Positions 38,853-48,655 of a stretch of 64,000 nucleotides of DNA are shown here, in pieces. Positions within the stretch are counted from its first letter, which is position 1, and every line of letters begins with the position of its first letter. Made by a program: the position numbers and the translations under genes. Source of the stretch: Actinomycetes bacterium (lineage in GTDB: Bacteria; Actinomycetota; Actinomycetes; Mycobacteriales; Mycobacteriaceae); NCBI GenBank assembly GCA_023418505.1, contig JAEZZR010000002.1, forward strand, positions 48,585 through 112,584. The letters are read 5' to 3'. Below the pieces are notes generated by a model, which ran no database searches, was not told where the DNA came from, and saw only the letters and a list, made by a program, of their open reading frames with translations.

Positions 38853-39842
38853 ATGGTGTCGCTGAGCGAAGTCCTGATTGGTTTCGGCTCGGTGGCGATC
38901 ATCATTGTGGTGGGGTGGCTGGTGGCGCGGCGTGGACTGCTGGGCGCGCACGGTGCGCAGGCACTGAACATGACGGTGTACTGGGTGGCACTGCCGTGCA
39001 TGTTGGTCAGCACGCTGGCTACCGCTGATGTGGGGCATGTGTTTGGTAGCCAGTTTGGAGTAGCTGCGCTGTCGGCGCTCGCGGTGATGGCGGTGTATCT
39101 GCTGGTCGCACCACGTTTGGTACAGCAGCGTTCCACGACCGCGGTGGTTGGCGGCATGGCGGCGAGCTACAACAACGTTGCGAATCTGGGTATCCCAATC
39201 GCTGCCGCCGTATTGCACGACACCACCGCCGTGATCCCCGCGCTGATCTTCCAGATTGCGTTCTACGCGCCGATTTGCCTCACGGTGATGGACATTCTGG
39301 AATCCCGCCACTCCTCTGGAGGTGCTTTACGACGGGTGCGTCTGCGCGACAGCTTGCTCACTCCCCTGCGCAATCCCATTTTCCTCGCTGCGATGACAGG
39401 CTTGGTGATTGGTTTGGCACGCACTCGCTTCGAGCCGATCGCGAATTTCCCGGAGCATCCCGCTTCGGCGCTGGTTCTCAAACCCGTAGAACTGCTCAGT
39501 GGCGCAGCTGTACCGATGGCGTTACTTGCGTTCGGTGCGAGTTTGGCGGGAGCTCCTGCTTTACGACGGGGAATCTCCCCACGCCGGGCAGTCGCGCTGT
39601 CCACGCTGGGCAAAAACATTTTGCAACCTGCACTTGCGGCTGCGATCGGCTATTTCCTCTTTGGACTCACCGATCATGCGTTGCTTTCCGTGGTGGTCGT
39701 CGCTGCGCTGCCTACAGCACAAAATGTCTATACGTTTGCTTCGCGGTTTGGGATGAATACCGTACAAGCACGGGACACTGGCATCGTGACCACTCTGAGC
39801 TGTGTACCTGTGATCCTGCTTATTGCGTTGGTGCTGGGCTAG
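38853..39842 (+). CDS. AEC (auxin efflux carrier) family transporter
   Basis: 329 aa, about 10 TM segments in a two-half architecture. YNNVANLGIPIA and the C-terminal PTAQNVYTFASRFG resemble AEC/membrane transport family proteins. Confidence 0.8.
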   Translation: MVSLSEVLIGFGSVAIIIVVGWLVARRGLLGAHGAQALNMTVYWVALPCMLVSTLATADVGHVFGSQFGVAALSALAVMAVYLLVAPRLVQQRSTTAVVGGMAASYNNVANLGIPIAAAVLHDTTAVIPALIFQIAFYAPICLTVMDILESRHSSGGALRRVRLRDSLLTPLRNPIFLAAMTGLVIGLARTRFEPIANFPEHPASALVLKPVELLSGAAVPMALLAFGASLAGAPALRRGISPRRAVALSTLGKNILQPALAAAIGYFLFGLTDHALLSVVVVAALPTAQNVYTFASRFGMNTVQARDTGIVTTLSCVPVILLIALVLG

Positions 39843-39904
39843 GAGCTGGAACTGCTAGCGCTGCCCCGACATGCGAACAGCGGTTTTGTCTATCCTGGGT
39901 GAGC

Positions 39905-40705
39905 ATGGACTTCCTTTCGCGTCTATTAGCAGTTGATCCGGCCTCACCTCGGCTGGTTTGTTATGACGAAACCACAGGCGGTCGCACCGATATGTCCGGT
40001 ACCACGTTGGATAACTGGGCTAGCAAGATCGCCAATTTCATGGTGGCTGAATTAGAGCTCGAACCTGGCGATACTGTGGTGTTGGATCTGCCCGCTACCT
40101 GGCAGGCGCTGTGCATCATTTTGGGAGCCCAACGCGCCGGTGTTCGCATCATCACTGCTGCTGATGCTGCCGATTCCGAGGAGCCTTTCGCCATTTTCAC
40201 CGTGGTGGATCGCGCGGATTCCTGGGCTTCTACCTGCGAGGACGCCTACATCGTGGTGGTAACCGATGATGTTTTTGGACGTGGCGTTGTGGAATGCGGG
40301 ATTTCGCTTCCCGACGGAGCAATCGACTTCGGCCCCGAAGTCCGCCTACAGCCTGATGCTTATTTGGGCATATTCGACGTGAAAAATGACACCACCGCGG
40401 CACTCATTGGCGCCTTATCCACCGCTGAGATCAATAAAATGGCCAGCGACTCCACCCGAGCGAATGCGCAAACGAGCACCAGCGAAAGCGAATCACTACG
40501 CCTAGTCAGCTGGGGGTGGCAAGATCCGACCACCTTAAGCAACGATCAGTTGGCAGAGTTTGTTGCCGGGGCACTGTGTTACCCGTGGCTGAATAATGGG
40601 TGCGCTATCGTCGTGCGCAAAAATCCTGAGGTCGATGCTGAAGCGCAAAGTGCACGGCTGCATCGCATTGCCGAGGTAGAGAAAGCAACGATCGCCGGCA
40701 CTTAG
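39905..40705 (+). CDS. TIGR03089-like conserved actinobacterial protein
   Basis: Start trimmed to MDFLSRLL (ATG 39905), because the upstream part of ORF 39275..40705 overlaps the AEC gene out of frame. LDNWASKIANFMVAELELEPGDTVVLDLPATWQ resembles that family as I recall it. Confidence 0.6.
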   Translation: MDFLSRLLAVDPASPRLVCYDETTGGRTDMSGTTLDNWASKIANFMVAELELEPGDTVVLDLPATWQALCIILGAQRAGVRIITAADAADSEEPFAIFTVVDRADSWASTCEDAYIVVVTDDVFGRGVVECGISLPDGAIDFGPEVRLQPDAYLGIFDVKNDTTAALIGALSTAEINKMASDSTRANAQTSTSESESLRLVSWGWQDPTTLSNDQLAEFVAGALCYPWLNNGCAIVVRKNPEVDAEAQSARLHRIAEVEKATIAGT

Positions 40706-40726
40706 GTTTCAGGGCCAGTCTCGCGC

Positions 40727-41242
40727 CTAACCTAGCAGGCTCTCTTTGAGTTTGCGGTCCTTTTCCAGGACGGCGTTTTTCATCTGCTCTTGGTATTTCT
40801 CCATGGCAACGATCAACTTGGGCTCCCCTGCAGAGAGAATCCGCACCGCCAGCAAACCGGCGTTCTTCGCGCCACCGACGCTGACCGTAGCCACGGGAAC
40901 CCCAGCTGGCATCTGCACGATTGACAGCAAAGAATCAATGCCCTCGAGATTTTCTAACGGGCGTGGCACACCAATCACCGGCAGCGGCGTGGCTGCTGCC
41001 ACCATGCCAGGCAGGTGGGCTGCACCACCTGCACCAGCGATAATGCACTTCAAGCCACGATCAGCAGCCGTGGACGCGTATTCCAGCATCCGCTCTGGAG
41101 TGCGATGCGCAGAGACCACCCCCACTTCAAAGCGAATACCAAACTCAGCGAGCACTTCTGCTGCTGGGCGCATGGTTGGCCAATCCGAATCGCTGCCCAT
41201 GATCAAACCGACCAAGGGTTGCTCTGAATTTTGCTCACTCAC
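40727..41242 (-). CDS. purE: 5-(carboxyamino)imidazole ribonucleotide mutase
   Basis: [22 protein letters not shown] and [14 protein letters not shown] motifs. I prefer the GTG at 41242 (3 nt after the purK stop, GAAGGG upstream) over the overlapping TTG at 41275. Confidence 0.92.
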   Translation of the reverse strand: MSEQNSEQPLVGLIMGSDSDWPTMRPAAEVLAEFGIRFEVGVVSAHRTPERMLEYASTAADRGLKCIIAGAGGAAHLPGMVAAATPLPVIGVPRPLENLEGIDSLLSIVQMPAGVPVATVSVGGAKNAGLLAVRILSAGEPKLIVAMEKYQEQMKNAVLEKDRKLKESLLG

Positions 41243-41244
41243 TG

Positions 41245-42561
41245 TTAGTTGTTCCCTTCGGATTGATCGTGCCAAACGCCATCAACGATATAGCCTGCAG
41301 CTAGCTCAGCGATTTCACGCAGCCGTGCCACACCGGCTTCGGAAGCATCATCGCCGCAAATATTGACATGCCCCATCTTGCGGCCAGGACGCCATCCCTT
41401 GCCGTACCAGTGAATTTTCACCTCTGGGAAGCGCTGCCACACCGCAGCAAAGCGTTGCGCCAAAGGTAGCTCTGGATCGACTTCGCCACCCAGGGTATTG
41501 CGCATCACCGTCACTGGAGCCACAGTTTGCGTGGCTCCCAATGGGTAGTCCAACACTGCGCGTAAGTGCTGTTCGAACTGGTCAGTAACGCACCCGTCTT
41601 GAGTCCAGTGCCCGGTATTATGTGGGCGCATAGCAAGCTCGTTGACGAAGATTTGCGGCTGGCCTGCGTCGTCAAGCACTTCGAAAAGCTCGACCGCAAG
41701 CACACCTGTCACGCCCAGCGATTCGGCGATGCGCACCGAGAGTTCTTCAGCCTCCTGGCGTAACTCATCGCTCATATCCGGCGCGGGTGCGATGGCCTCG
41801 ACACAAATGCCGTCTTTCTGCACCGACTGCAAAACCGGCCACGGCTGCACCTGCCCGGAAGGGGTGCGTGCACACATGGCAGAAAGCTCACGACGGAGGG
41901 CAACTTTCTTCTCCGCCATCAGTGGCACGCCTTGATCGAGTAGGTCTTGAACCAGTTCGGTGCGGCCTGGGGCTGAACCTTCGGCGGTGGAATCGTCCGC
42001 GACCGGGAACCACACGCCATGACCATCGTAGCCACCCCGGCGCGCCTTCAAACACACCTGGCCGTCTACCTGGTCGGCGAATTGCTGCGCATCTTCCACC
42101 GACTCGATCTGAGCAAACGGCGGCACGGGCGCACCGATCTCGGCGAGTTTCTGGCGCATCAGCAACTTATCTTGGGCATAAATTAACGCCTGCGGGCCGG
42201 GTTGAACGGAGATGTTCTGGCTCTGCAGGCGTTGGAGGAATTCGTTGGGGACGTGTTCGTGGTCGAAGGTCACCGCATCGGCGCCGGCAGCGACCTTTTG
42301 CACGTCGGCTTCGTTTTTATAGTCACCGATGGTCACATCAGCGCATACTTGTGCGGCACTGGCGGAGTGATCGGCGGCAAGCAATCGAACAGTCTGTCCC
42401 AGTTCAATCGCTGCGGTTTGCATCATTCGTGCCAGCTGGCCGTCACCAATAACTGCCACTACTGGCGAACCCGGCGCGTGCTGGGGAGGCAGCTCTGGCT
42501 GGCGCTCTGAATGCTCGGTGCTGATTTGGTCTGTGTTCGTCTGTTTCACGTTCGAAGCCAC
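41245..42561 (-). CDS. purK: 5-(carboxyamino)imidazole ribonucleotide synthase
   Basis: 438 aa. ATP-grasp with [13 protein letters not shown] and [14 protein letters not shown] motifs. Confidence 0.92.
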   Translation of the reverse strand: MASNVKQTNTDQISTEHSERQPELPPQHAPGSPVVAVIGDGQLARMMQTAAIELGQTVRLLAADHSASAAQVCADVTIGDYKNEADVQKVAAGADAVTFDHEHVPNEFLQRLQSQNISVQPGPQALIYAQDKLLMRQKLAEIGAPVPPFAQIESVEDAQQFADQVDGQVCLKARRGGYDGHGVWFPVADDSTAEGSAPGRTELVQDLLDQGVPLMAEKKVALRRELSAMCARTPSGQVQPWPVLQSVQKDGICVEAIAPAPDMSDELRQEAEELSVRIAESLGVTGVLAVELFEVLDDAGQPQIFVNELAMRPHNTGHWTQDGCVTDQFEQHLRAVLDYPLGATQTVAPVTVMRNTLGGEVDPELPLAQRFAAVWQRFPEVKIHWYGKGWRPGRKMGHVNICGDDASEAGVARLREIAELAAGYIVDGVWHDQSEGNN

Positions 42562-42608
42562 GGTGCCATCATAACGGGACAGCCGGATTTCCTTGAGCGA
42601 AACCGAAT

Positions 42609-42632
42609 CACACTACAGCTCACGCTACAGCT
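42609..42632. repeat. Two tandem 12-bp copies CACRCTACAGCT spanning the stop of the PH-domain gene
   Basis: Minus strand reads AGCTGTAGCGTG AGCTGTAGTGTG. The two TAG codons are in frame. Confidence 0.85.
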
Positions 42633-43134
42633 GCTGGATGGCCTGTCGGATAGCTTTTGCTACTTTGCGGGGTTTGGGGATCCCGTCGATAGCTATCGGC
42701 ACCCCATAGGGATAGACGGTGAGCACCACGGATTTCTTCTGCTTTTCAACGTTGCCAATCGAACGCAGATCATAAATCGTGCAGTGGCGCCGGAACACGC
42801 CTTGGCGCAGGATGATCTGAAAATTCGTGACTACCAACCGGTGCGACAGCCATTCCGCGGTAGGTTTCGCAGCCCGCCACGCAGCCAGGATGAGCCACAG
42901 CGCAATCAGGCCGGTGCGCAACGGCGAGCCGCCCGCCGTCGGATCAGCTGCCATTGCCTCTGCAGGACCGGCAAACACCGAATGATCCATTAGCCCAATG
43001 ATCAGCCAAATCACACCGGTGAGCGCCAGCACTTCCAGCAACGGCCACAACAATTGAGAAAAGTTTGGATTGGTATCAACGATGACGTATTCGCCTTCAT
43101 GCATATGCGCCCACGGAAATTGCTGCTGTGCCAT
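42625..43134 (-). CDS. Bacterial PH (bPH_2/YdbS-like) domain membrane protein
   Basis: 169 aa. Two N-terminal TM segments followed by a PH-like segment. Position next to purK resembles Rv3277/Rv3278c. Confidence 0.65.
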   Translation of the reverse strand: MAQQQFPWAHMHEGEYVIVDTNPNFSQLLWPLLEVLALTGVIWLIIGLMDHSVFAGPAEAMAADPTAGGSPLRTGLIALWLILAAWRAAKPTAEWLSHRLVVTNFQIILRQGVFRRHCTIYDLRSIGNVEKQKKSVVLTVYPYGVPIAIDGIPKPRKVAKAIRQAIQQL

Positions 43135-43206
43135 CGTTGCTACCCTCCTACTCGAATTTGCTGCTTCTGCTCGAACTTAAGCCACCTAAACTATGCTGGC
43201 TAAACC

Positions 43207-43872
43207 ATGAGCCAACATACTCTGATTCTGGCGTCGTCTTCACCTTCGCGTCGGCAGGTGCTGCGTTCTGGTGGCGTAGAACCCCTGATTATCAGCCCTG
43301 GCATTGATGAAGATGCCTTGCTGCACTCCCTGGCCGATCAGCCGGCTGCGCACAAGGTTGCTGCATTGGCGCGCAGTAAAGCGCACGCGGTAATCGAGCA
43401 GTTGGCGCCCGATCAGCACCCGGAACTCGCAGTAGGTGGCGGGCGGATCATTGTGGTGGCGTGCGATTCTATGCTGCTTTACGACGGGGAACTATCCGGC
43501 AAACCATATACGGAAACAGAAACTATTCGGCGTTGGCAGCTCCAGCGTGGCAAAGCCGCTGAATTGCTCACTGGCCACTGCGTGATCGAAGCAGAGGTTA
43601 CGGATGGCGAGGTCACCCAGCTGCGCCAACACTGTGAAACCATTGCCACCACAGTGCACTTCGGCTCCCCTACTAATGCTGATATTGCTGTCTACGCGGC
43701 TACCGGTGAGCCATTGGGCTGCGCCGGAGCGTTCACCTTGGAGGCACTGGGCGGCTGGTTCATCGACCGCATCGAAGGCGACACCACAAGCGTGCTCGGC
43801 CTTTCGCTGCCACTGCTGCGTCGCACGCTAAACGGATGGGGTTATCAGGTTTCGGAATTTTGGCGGGACTAA
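43207..43872 (+). CDS. maf: Maf family nucleoside triphosphate pyrophosphatase
   Basis: 221 aa. LILASSSPSRRQVL start and CDSMLLYDGELSGKP motif. Confidence 0.9.
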   Translation: MSQHTLILASSSPSRRQVLRSGGVEPLIISPGIDEDALLHSLADQPAAHKVAALARSKAHAVIEQLAPDQHPELAVGGGRIIVVACDSMLLYDGELSGKPYTETETIRRWQLQRGKAAELLTGHCVIEAEVTDGEVTQLRQHCETIATTVHFGSPTNADIAVYAATGEPLGCAGAFTLEALGGWFIDRIEGDTTSVLGLSLPLLRRTLNGWGYQVSEFWRD

Positions 43873-43885
43873 GAACCACAACCAA

Positions 43886-43914
43886 TAAAAAAGCTCCCAC
43901 CAATCGGCGGGAGC
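43886..43914 (-). terminator. Rho-independent terminator for the minus-strand gene ending at 43948
   Basis: Minus strand: GCTCCCGCC-GATT-GGTGGGAGC followed by TTTTTT. Confidence 0.7.
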
Positions 43915-43947
43915 CTAAACGCTAACAGTTGCTTAGCTTGTTGCTGA

Positions 43948-45003
43948 TTACTTAGCTTCGCAGCGCGTGATCGCTTCGTCAGCCACCATTTCCTGGATGC
44001 CCATGTCCAGTTCAGAGGTAAAGCCCACGCAAGAGCAGTTGATTTCACCTAGGACGTAGGTGTCTTCGCCGTCTTCTCCGTCGGCAAGCATGAAATCGGC
44101 AGTCCAGATCAATGGGATGTTGTCGCCGCCGAGCTTCTCTGCAATTACCGGGCGAGCTTCGGCGAACATGTCGATCAGTTCCTGCCACTGTTCTGGCTTG
44201 TCGTAGGAGTACTTCGCACCAGAGAACAGCGTGGCCGAGAAGTTATCGCCACCGGCAGCTGGCTTCTTGTGGACCACGAATACTGGGTGTGGGCCGACCA
44301 GCAGAATGCGGATTTCGCCTTCCACGATGCGAGGCATGAAGCGCATATCTACCAGCATGCCGTTGTCGCCGATAATGTACTGGTCACAGAAGTCCATGAA
44401 CTCGCCTAGTTCGCGAATTTCGGTGTGGTTATCCACGGCCTCAGTGCACTTCAACTTCGTATCCAGTGGCAGTGCGGTGCCTGGTTCTACCTTGGCGGCG
44501 AGTTCCTTATCTTCTAGCTGCACGCGCCAGATGCCGGAACCCGTGGAGCCACGGTTTTGCTTCAGCACACGCTCGCCGTACGACAGCGAGGTTGGGAAGG
44601 TCTGGTGGAAGCTTTCGACGTCGTAGTAAGCGGCAGTGTCCGCAGGTACCAAGTCGGTGTCGTTGAGCTTAACCAGCGCGTCCTTTGCGCCGTAGGCCAT
44701 CATCTCTTCTGGGGTAGACATGCCTACTAGGCCGGCTTCGTTGCTCAACTTGGTTAGCAAGTTGAAGTAGCCCTTTTCGCCACCTGGGATGTTGCCTGGG
44801 TTTACGCGGGAGATGTAGCCGTCGAAGTTTGCCGAAACATAGTCGAACAATGCTTCGGACCACTCTGGACGGTAGTAAACCACCTCTGCGTTCCAGCCCT
44901 TTGCCTTGATGGCGTTGACGATTGGCATGGTGTCTTTACGGTGGCCGTCGAAGTACTTGTCTGATCCGCCTTCAACTTCGAATACCACGATGCTTTGCTT
45001 CAA
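43948..45003 (-). CDS. Uncharacterised ATP-grasp-like protein (possibly the 'Cj0069 family')
   Basis: TTG start at 45003 sits 6 nt after an AAGGAG SD. VLKQNRGSTGSGIWRV and GEINCSCVG resemble ATP-grasp nucleotide-binding elements. The family name is from memory only. Confidence 0.55.
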   Translation of the reverse strand: MKQSIVVFEVEGGSDKYFDGHRKDTMPIVNAIKAKGWNAEVVYYRPEWSEALFDYVSANFDGYISRVNPGNIPGGEKGYFNLLTKLSNEAGLVGMSTPEEMMAYGAKDALVKLNDTDLVPADTAAYYDVESFHQTFPTSLSYGERVLKQNRGSTGSGIWRVQLEDKELAAKVEPGTALPLDTKLKCTEAVDNHTEIRELGEFMDFCDQYIIGDNGMLVDMRFMPRIVEGEIRILLVGPHPVFVVHKKPAAGGDNFSATLFSGAKYSYDKPEQWQELIDMFAEARPVIAEKLGGDNIPLIWTADFMLADGEDGEDTYVLGEINCSCVGFTSELDMGIQEMVADEAITRCEAK

Positions 45004-45077
45004 CTTGCACTCCTTCGCACTGCGGCGCACATGGGTTTTTCCAGCGCCGGTTGGGAAATAAAAATCTAAAACAACCT

Positions 45078-45093
45078 CTTAAAATATTTTAAG
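45078..45093. promoter_or_regulatory. Perfect 16-bp A/T-rich palindrome CTTAAAATATTTTAAG in the divergent promoter region
   Basis: Read directly from the sequence. It lies about 75 nt upstream of the ATP-grasp-like gene start and about 190 nt upstream of sseA. Candidate operator. Confidence 0.35.
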
Positions 45094-45280
45094 GTGCAAA
45101 TTTCGCAGATGCAGCATGCGCGATGTGCTGAGCTTCGAAATTCACCCCCGAATGTGATCTAAGTCAAGTTTCCAACCTGCCTGAGACCCTGGGAATACTG
45201 AACGCAGTTTCCTACCCTTCTAAGGCAACCCGTAGACTAGCCGTACAACACGAATAATTTTTCCTAGCAGGAGCAATAAC

Positions 45281-46267
45281 ATGCCGGTACCAGCGGATCC
45301 GAACCCCGAGTTCGCGCAGTATGCTCACCCCGAACGGGTGGTGTCTAGCCAGTGGTTAGCTAGCAATCTGGGAAGCCCTGGGCTTCGCGTGGTGGAATCC
45401 GACGAGGATATGTTGCTCTACGACATCGGCCACATCCCCGGCGCGGTTCGCATTGATTGGCATCGCGATCTGAACGATCCCACCGTGCGCGATTACATCG
45501 ACGCCGAGTCTTTTGCGCAGCTGATGCGCTCGAAGGGCATTTCTCGCGACGATACCGTGGTGATTTATGGCGATAAGTCCAACTGGTGGGCGGCTTATAC
45601 CCTTTGGGTTTTCGAGCTTTTCGGCCACCCAGATGTGCGTCTACTCAATGGCGGTCGCGATGCGTGGATGGCTGAGGAACGCGAAACCAGCTTCGATACC
45701 CCGTCGTACGCCGAATCTGATTACCCGGTTCCCGAGCGGTTAGATGCCCAGCTCCGCGTCTCTTCCGCGCAGGTGCGTGAATTATTAGATGAAGCTGCCG
45801 ACGACGACGCGCAACCGGCCGCCGCTTTGCTCGACGTGCGTACTTTCGAGGAATACGTCGGCCATCGCACGCATATGGTGGATTACCCACAAGAAGGCGT
45901 GCTGCGCGGTGGCCATATTCCTACTGCGGTGAATGTGCCGTGGAATCTTGCGGTGCATCCTAATTCGCGGTTTAAGTCTTACGACGAGCTGGTGGAGATC
46001 TACCAGAAATACGCTACTGGCGGCTCTAGCGCTGATGCGGCTGGCTCTGCTGCCGGCGCCAATAGCGAAGGCACCATCGTCTATTGCCGTATTGGCGAGC
46101 GCAGTGCGCATACCTGGTTTGTGTTGACCTACCTGTTGGGCTGGAAGAATGTCCGTAATTATGACGGCTCGTGGGTGGAATGGGGCAACATGATCCGCGT
46201 GCCTATCACCCAGGGCAAGGAACCAGGATCCGCTACCGAGGCCGTTTCGCGAGTTCGAGGCAAATAA
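45281..46267 (+). CDS. sseA: Thiosulfate/3-mercaptopyruvate sulfurtransferase (two rhodanese domains)
   Basis: 328 aa. HIPGAV in domain 1 and active-site loop [12 protein letters not shown] in domain 2. Contains an Ala/Gly/Ser-rich insert. Confidence 0.88.
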   Translation: MPVPADPNPEFAQYAHPERVVSSQWLASNLGSPGLRVVESDEDMLLYDIGHIPGAVRIDWHRDLNDPTVRDYIDAESFAQLMRSKGISRDDTVVIYGDKSNWWAAYTLWVFELFGHPDVRLLNGGRDAWMAEERETSFDTPSYAESDYPVPERLDAQLRVSSAQVRELLDEAADDDAQPAAALLDVRTFEEYVGHRTHMVDYPQEGVLRGGHIPTAVNVPWNLAVHPNSRFKSYDELVEIYQKYATGGSSADAAGSAAGANSEGTIVYCRIGERSAHTWFVLTYLLGWKNVRNYDGSWVEWGNMIRVPITQGKEPGSATEAVSRVRGK

Positions 46268-46273
46268 TTCACC

Positions 46274-47857
46274 ATGATGGCGAAGCTGCCGAATCAGTTT
46301 GAAAAAGAGTTCGACGCTCTTACGCGCGCGTGGCGTACCCGCCGTGATGAGCCCATTATCGCTGCGATCGATCAGGGCACCACTTCTACCCGATGCATCC
46401 TGTTTGATCGCGACGGCAAAAAGCAGGGTATCAGCCAGCTCGAACACCGCCAGATCATGCCGCAACCGGGTTGGGTGGAACACGATCCGAAAGAGATCTG
46501 GCGTAACACCCGGCGCGTAGTGGCCGACGTGATGGCTAATTCGGATTGGAATGCCGACGATGTAGCCGCCCTAGGTATTACCAACCAGCGCGAGACCACC
46601 ATCGTGTGGAATAAGAACACTGGCAAACCGGTATATAACGCCATCGTGTGGCAGGACACTCGCACTACGGAATTGTGCCGGCATCTGGAGGAAACTCTCG
46701 GCGAGGCTCATATCCGTAAAGTTACGGGTCTGCCGATTTCGACGTATTTCTCTGGCCCGAAGATCTCGTGGATTCTGGATAACGTTTCCGGCGCACGCGA
46801 GGCTGCCGAAGCTGGTGATCTACTCTTTGGCACCGTTGATTCGTGGTTGATGTGGAATCTCACCCGGCGCGACAAGCAGGATAAGAAGGGCTTGCACGTC
46901 ACTGACGTCACCAATGCGTCGCGCACGATGCTAATGAACGTCGAGACCCTCGAGTGGGATGAAGAGCTTTGCGACGCCATGGGCATACCGATGTCTATGC
47001 TGCCGACGATCGTTAGCTCCTCGCAGTATTTGGGCAAGGTGCGATGGCAAGGCAGCCTGGCAGGCGTGCCAATTGGTGGCATTTTGGGCGACCAGCAAGC
47101 TGCATCCTTCGGGCAAGCGTGTCTAGAACCGGGTGAAGCGAAAAATACCTACGGCACCGGTAACTTCCTGCTGCTAAACACTGGGACAGTGCCGCAGCGC
47201 TCTGATCATGGGTTAATCACCACGATTGCCTACCGCATTGGTGATGAAATGCCGGTCTACGCCTTGGAGGGTTCCATCGCGGTGACCGGATCGCTGGTGC
47301 AATGGCTGCGTGACAATATGGGGCTGATTGCTACTGCCCCAGAGGTAGAACCATTAGCGCGCACTGTGCCCGATAACGGTGGCTGCTATATCGTGCCGGC
47401 GTTTTCAGGTTTGTTGGCACCACATTGGCGGCCTGATGCCCGTGGTGTAATCGCCGGACTGACGCGCTTTGTGAACAAAGGCCATATTGCTCGCGCCACT
47501 TTAGAGGCAACCGCCTATCAAACCCGCGAAGTTGTCGATGCCATGAATGCCGATTCTGGCGTTTCTTTGACTGCACTTCGCGTAGACGGTGGCATGGTCC
47601 CCAATAACCTGTTGATGCAGTTCCAAGCCGATATCCTTGGCGTGCCCGTGACCCGGCCTGTGATTACTGAAACTACTGCTCTCGGGGCTGCCTATGCAGC
47701 GGGATTGACCGTAGGGGTGTGGCGTTCTTTGGATGAGATTCGCCAAATGTGGAAAGAAGACCAAACCTTCACCCCTGATATGGATGGCCAAGAACGCGAG
47801 CGCCTGTTCGACGAATGGAACAAGGCAGTATCGCGCACCTTGAATTGGGTGGACTAG
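46274..47857 (+). CDS. glpK: Glycerol kinase
   Basis: 527 aa. [27 protein letters not shown] and [10 protein letters not shown] motifs. About 25 extra N-terminal residues relative to typical GlpK, so the start is uncertain. Confidence 0.95.
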   Translation: MMAKLPNQFEKEFDALTRAWRTRRDEPIIAAIDQGTTSTRCILFDRDGKKQGISQLEHRQIMPQPGWVEHDPKEIWRNTRRVVADVMANSDWNADDVAALGITNQRETTIVWNKNTGKPVYNAIVWQDTRTTELCRHLEETLGEAHIRKVTGLPISTYFSGPKISWILDNVSGAREAAEAGDLLFGTVDSWLMWNLTRRDKQDKKGLHVTDVTNASRTMLMNVETLEWDEELCDAMGIPMSMLPTIVSSSQYLGKVRWQGSLAGVPIGGILGDQQAASFGQACLEPGEAKNTYGTGNFLLLNTGTVPQRSDHGLITTIAYRIGDEMPVYALEGSIAVTGSLVQWLRDNMGLIATAPEVEPLARTVPDNGGCYIVPAFSGLLAPHWRPDARGVIAGLTRFVNKGHIARATLEATAYQTREVVDAMNADSGVSLTALRVDGGMVPNNLLMQFQADILGVPVTRPVITETTALGAAYAAGLTVGVWRSLDEIRQMWKEDQTFTPDMDGQERERLFDEWNKAVSRTLNWVD

Positions 47858-47917
47858 TACGTGGCGCAGTGTTGTAAACTACGTTCCGGCTTAGCTTTCA
47901 ATAGCGAGTCGGATTTT

Positions 47918-47990
47918 GCCCTAGTAGCTCAGTGGATAGAGCACGGCTCTCCTAAAGCCGGTGTCGGAGGTTCGATTCCTCTCTGGGGCG
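47918..47990 (+). tRNA. tRNA-Arg (anticodon CCT)
   Basis: Hand-folded cloverleaf of 73 nt. Acceptor GCCCTAG/CTGGGGC, D stem GCTC/GAGC, anticodon stem CGGCT/AGCCG with loop CTCCTAA, T arm GGAGG-TTCGATT-CCTCT. CCA is not encoded. Confidence 0.9.
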
Positions 47991-47993
47991 CAA

Positions 47994-48019
47994 CTATAAA
48001 GGTCAGCTATAAAGGTCAG
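47994..48019. repeat. Perfect tandem duplication of 13 bp (CTATAAAGGTCAG x2), 4 nt after the tRNA-Arg 3' end
   Basis: Read directly: copies at 47994-48006 and 48007-48019. Confidence 0.9.
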
Positions 48020-48145
48020 CACTTCAACGTATGAATTGAAAATGCTTTCGGCGCATCTGCCTGAAGAATGCACTTCGAAGCCCCGCTGTACAAATCACAT
48101 TTTTCTATAAAGCTATTACGGCAGAATCAGCCTAGGATAGCTTTC

Positions 48146-48604
48146 ATGACGAACCCACAAGATCAGCATTCGCAGGATCAATACCCACAAAATCAATACA
48201 CGTATCCAGAGAACCCACCGGCTAATCAGGGCTATGGCAATCAGGGCTACAGCAACCAGGATTACGGCAACCAGGGCTACGCTCCGGGTTCGTATAACTA
48301 CGTCCCACCACAGGGCAATGGCTTTCCGGGTGGCTACCAAGGTCAGTCGAAGAATAAGATCCTTGCCGCTGTATTGGCCTTCTTCCTGGGCGGTTTTGGT
48401 GTACACAACTTTTACCTTGGCTATAACGGCCGTGGAGCCACCCAGCTAATTCTCACTATCGTGGGCTACCTCACTGTACTCGTGATGATCGGATTCCTGT
48501 TCCTCGGGATCGTATGGCTCTGGGCGTTCATTGAATTTGTGATGATCCTGCTCGGCGCCGGTGGACTAAATAAGGACGCCAAAGGTGTCCCACTATCCAC
48601 CTAA
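48146..48604 (+). CDS. TM2 domain-containing membrane protein with a Q/N/G/Y-rich N-terminus
   Basis: Start trimmed to MTNPQDQ (ATG 48146). AAVLAFFLGGFGVHNFYLGY is the TM2 signature. Confidence 0.85.
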   Translation: MTNPQDQHSQDQYPQNQYTYPENPPANQGYGNQGYSNQDYGNQGYAPGSYNYVPPQGNGFPGGYQGQSKNKILAAVLAFFLGGFGVHNFYLGYNGRGATQLILTIVGYLTVLVMIGFLFLGIVWLWAFIEFVMILLGAGGLNKDAKGVPLST

Positions 48605-48655
48605 ACGCATATCTCAGATACGCATTTAGGTGCTGGCTGAATTAAACTAGGATTC

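Noticed and set aside
39275-39904. N-terminal 210 codons of ORF 39275..40705
   Set aside because: This part overlaps the AEC transporter gene in another frame and is rich in Cys/Arg/Trp, which is typical of an off-frame read. The conserved protein begins at MDFLSRLL (39905).
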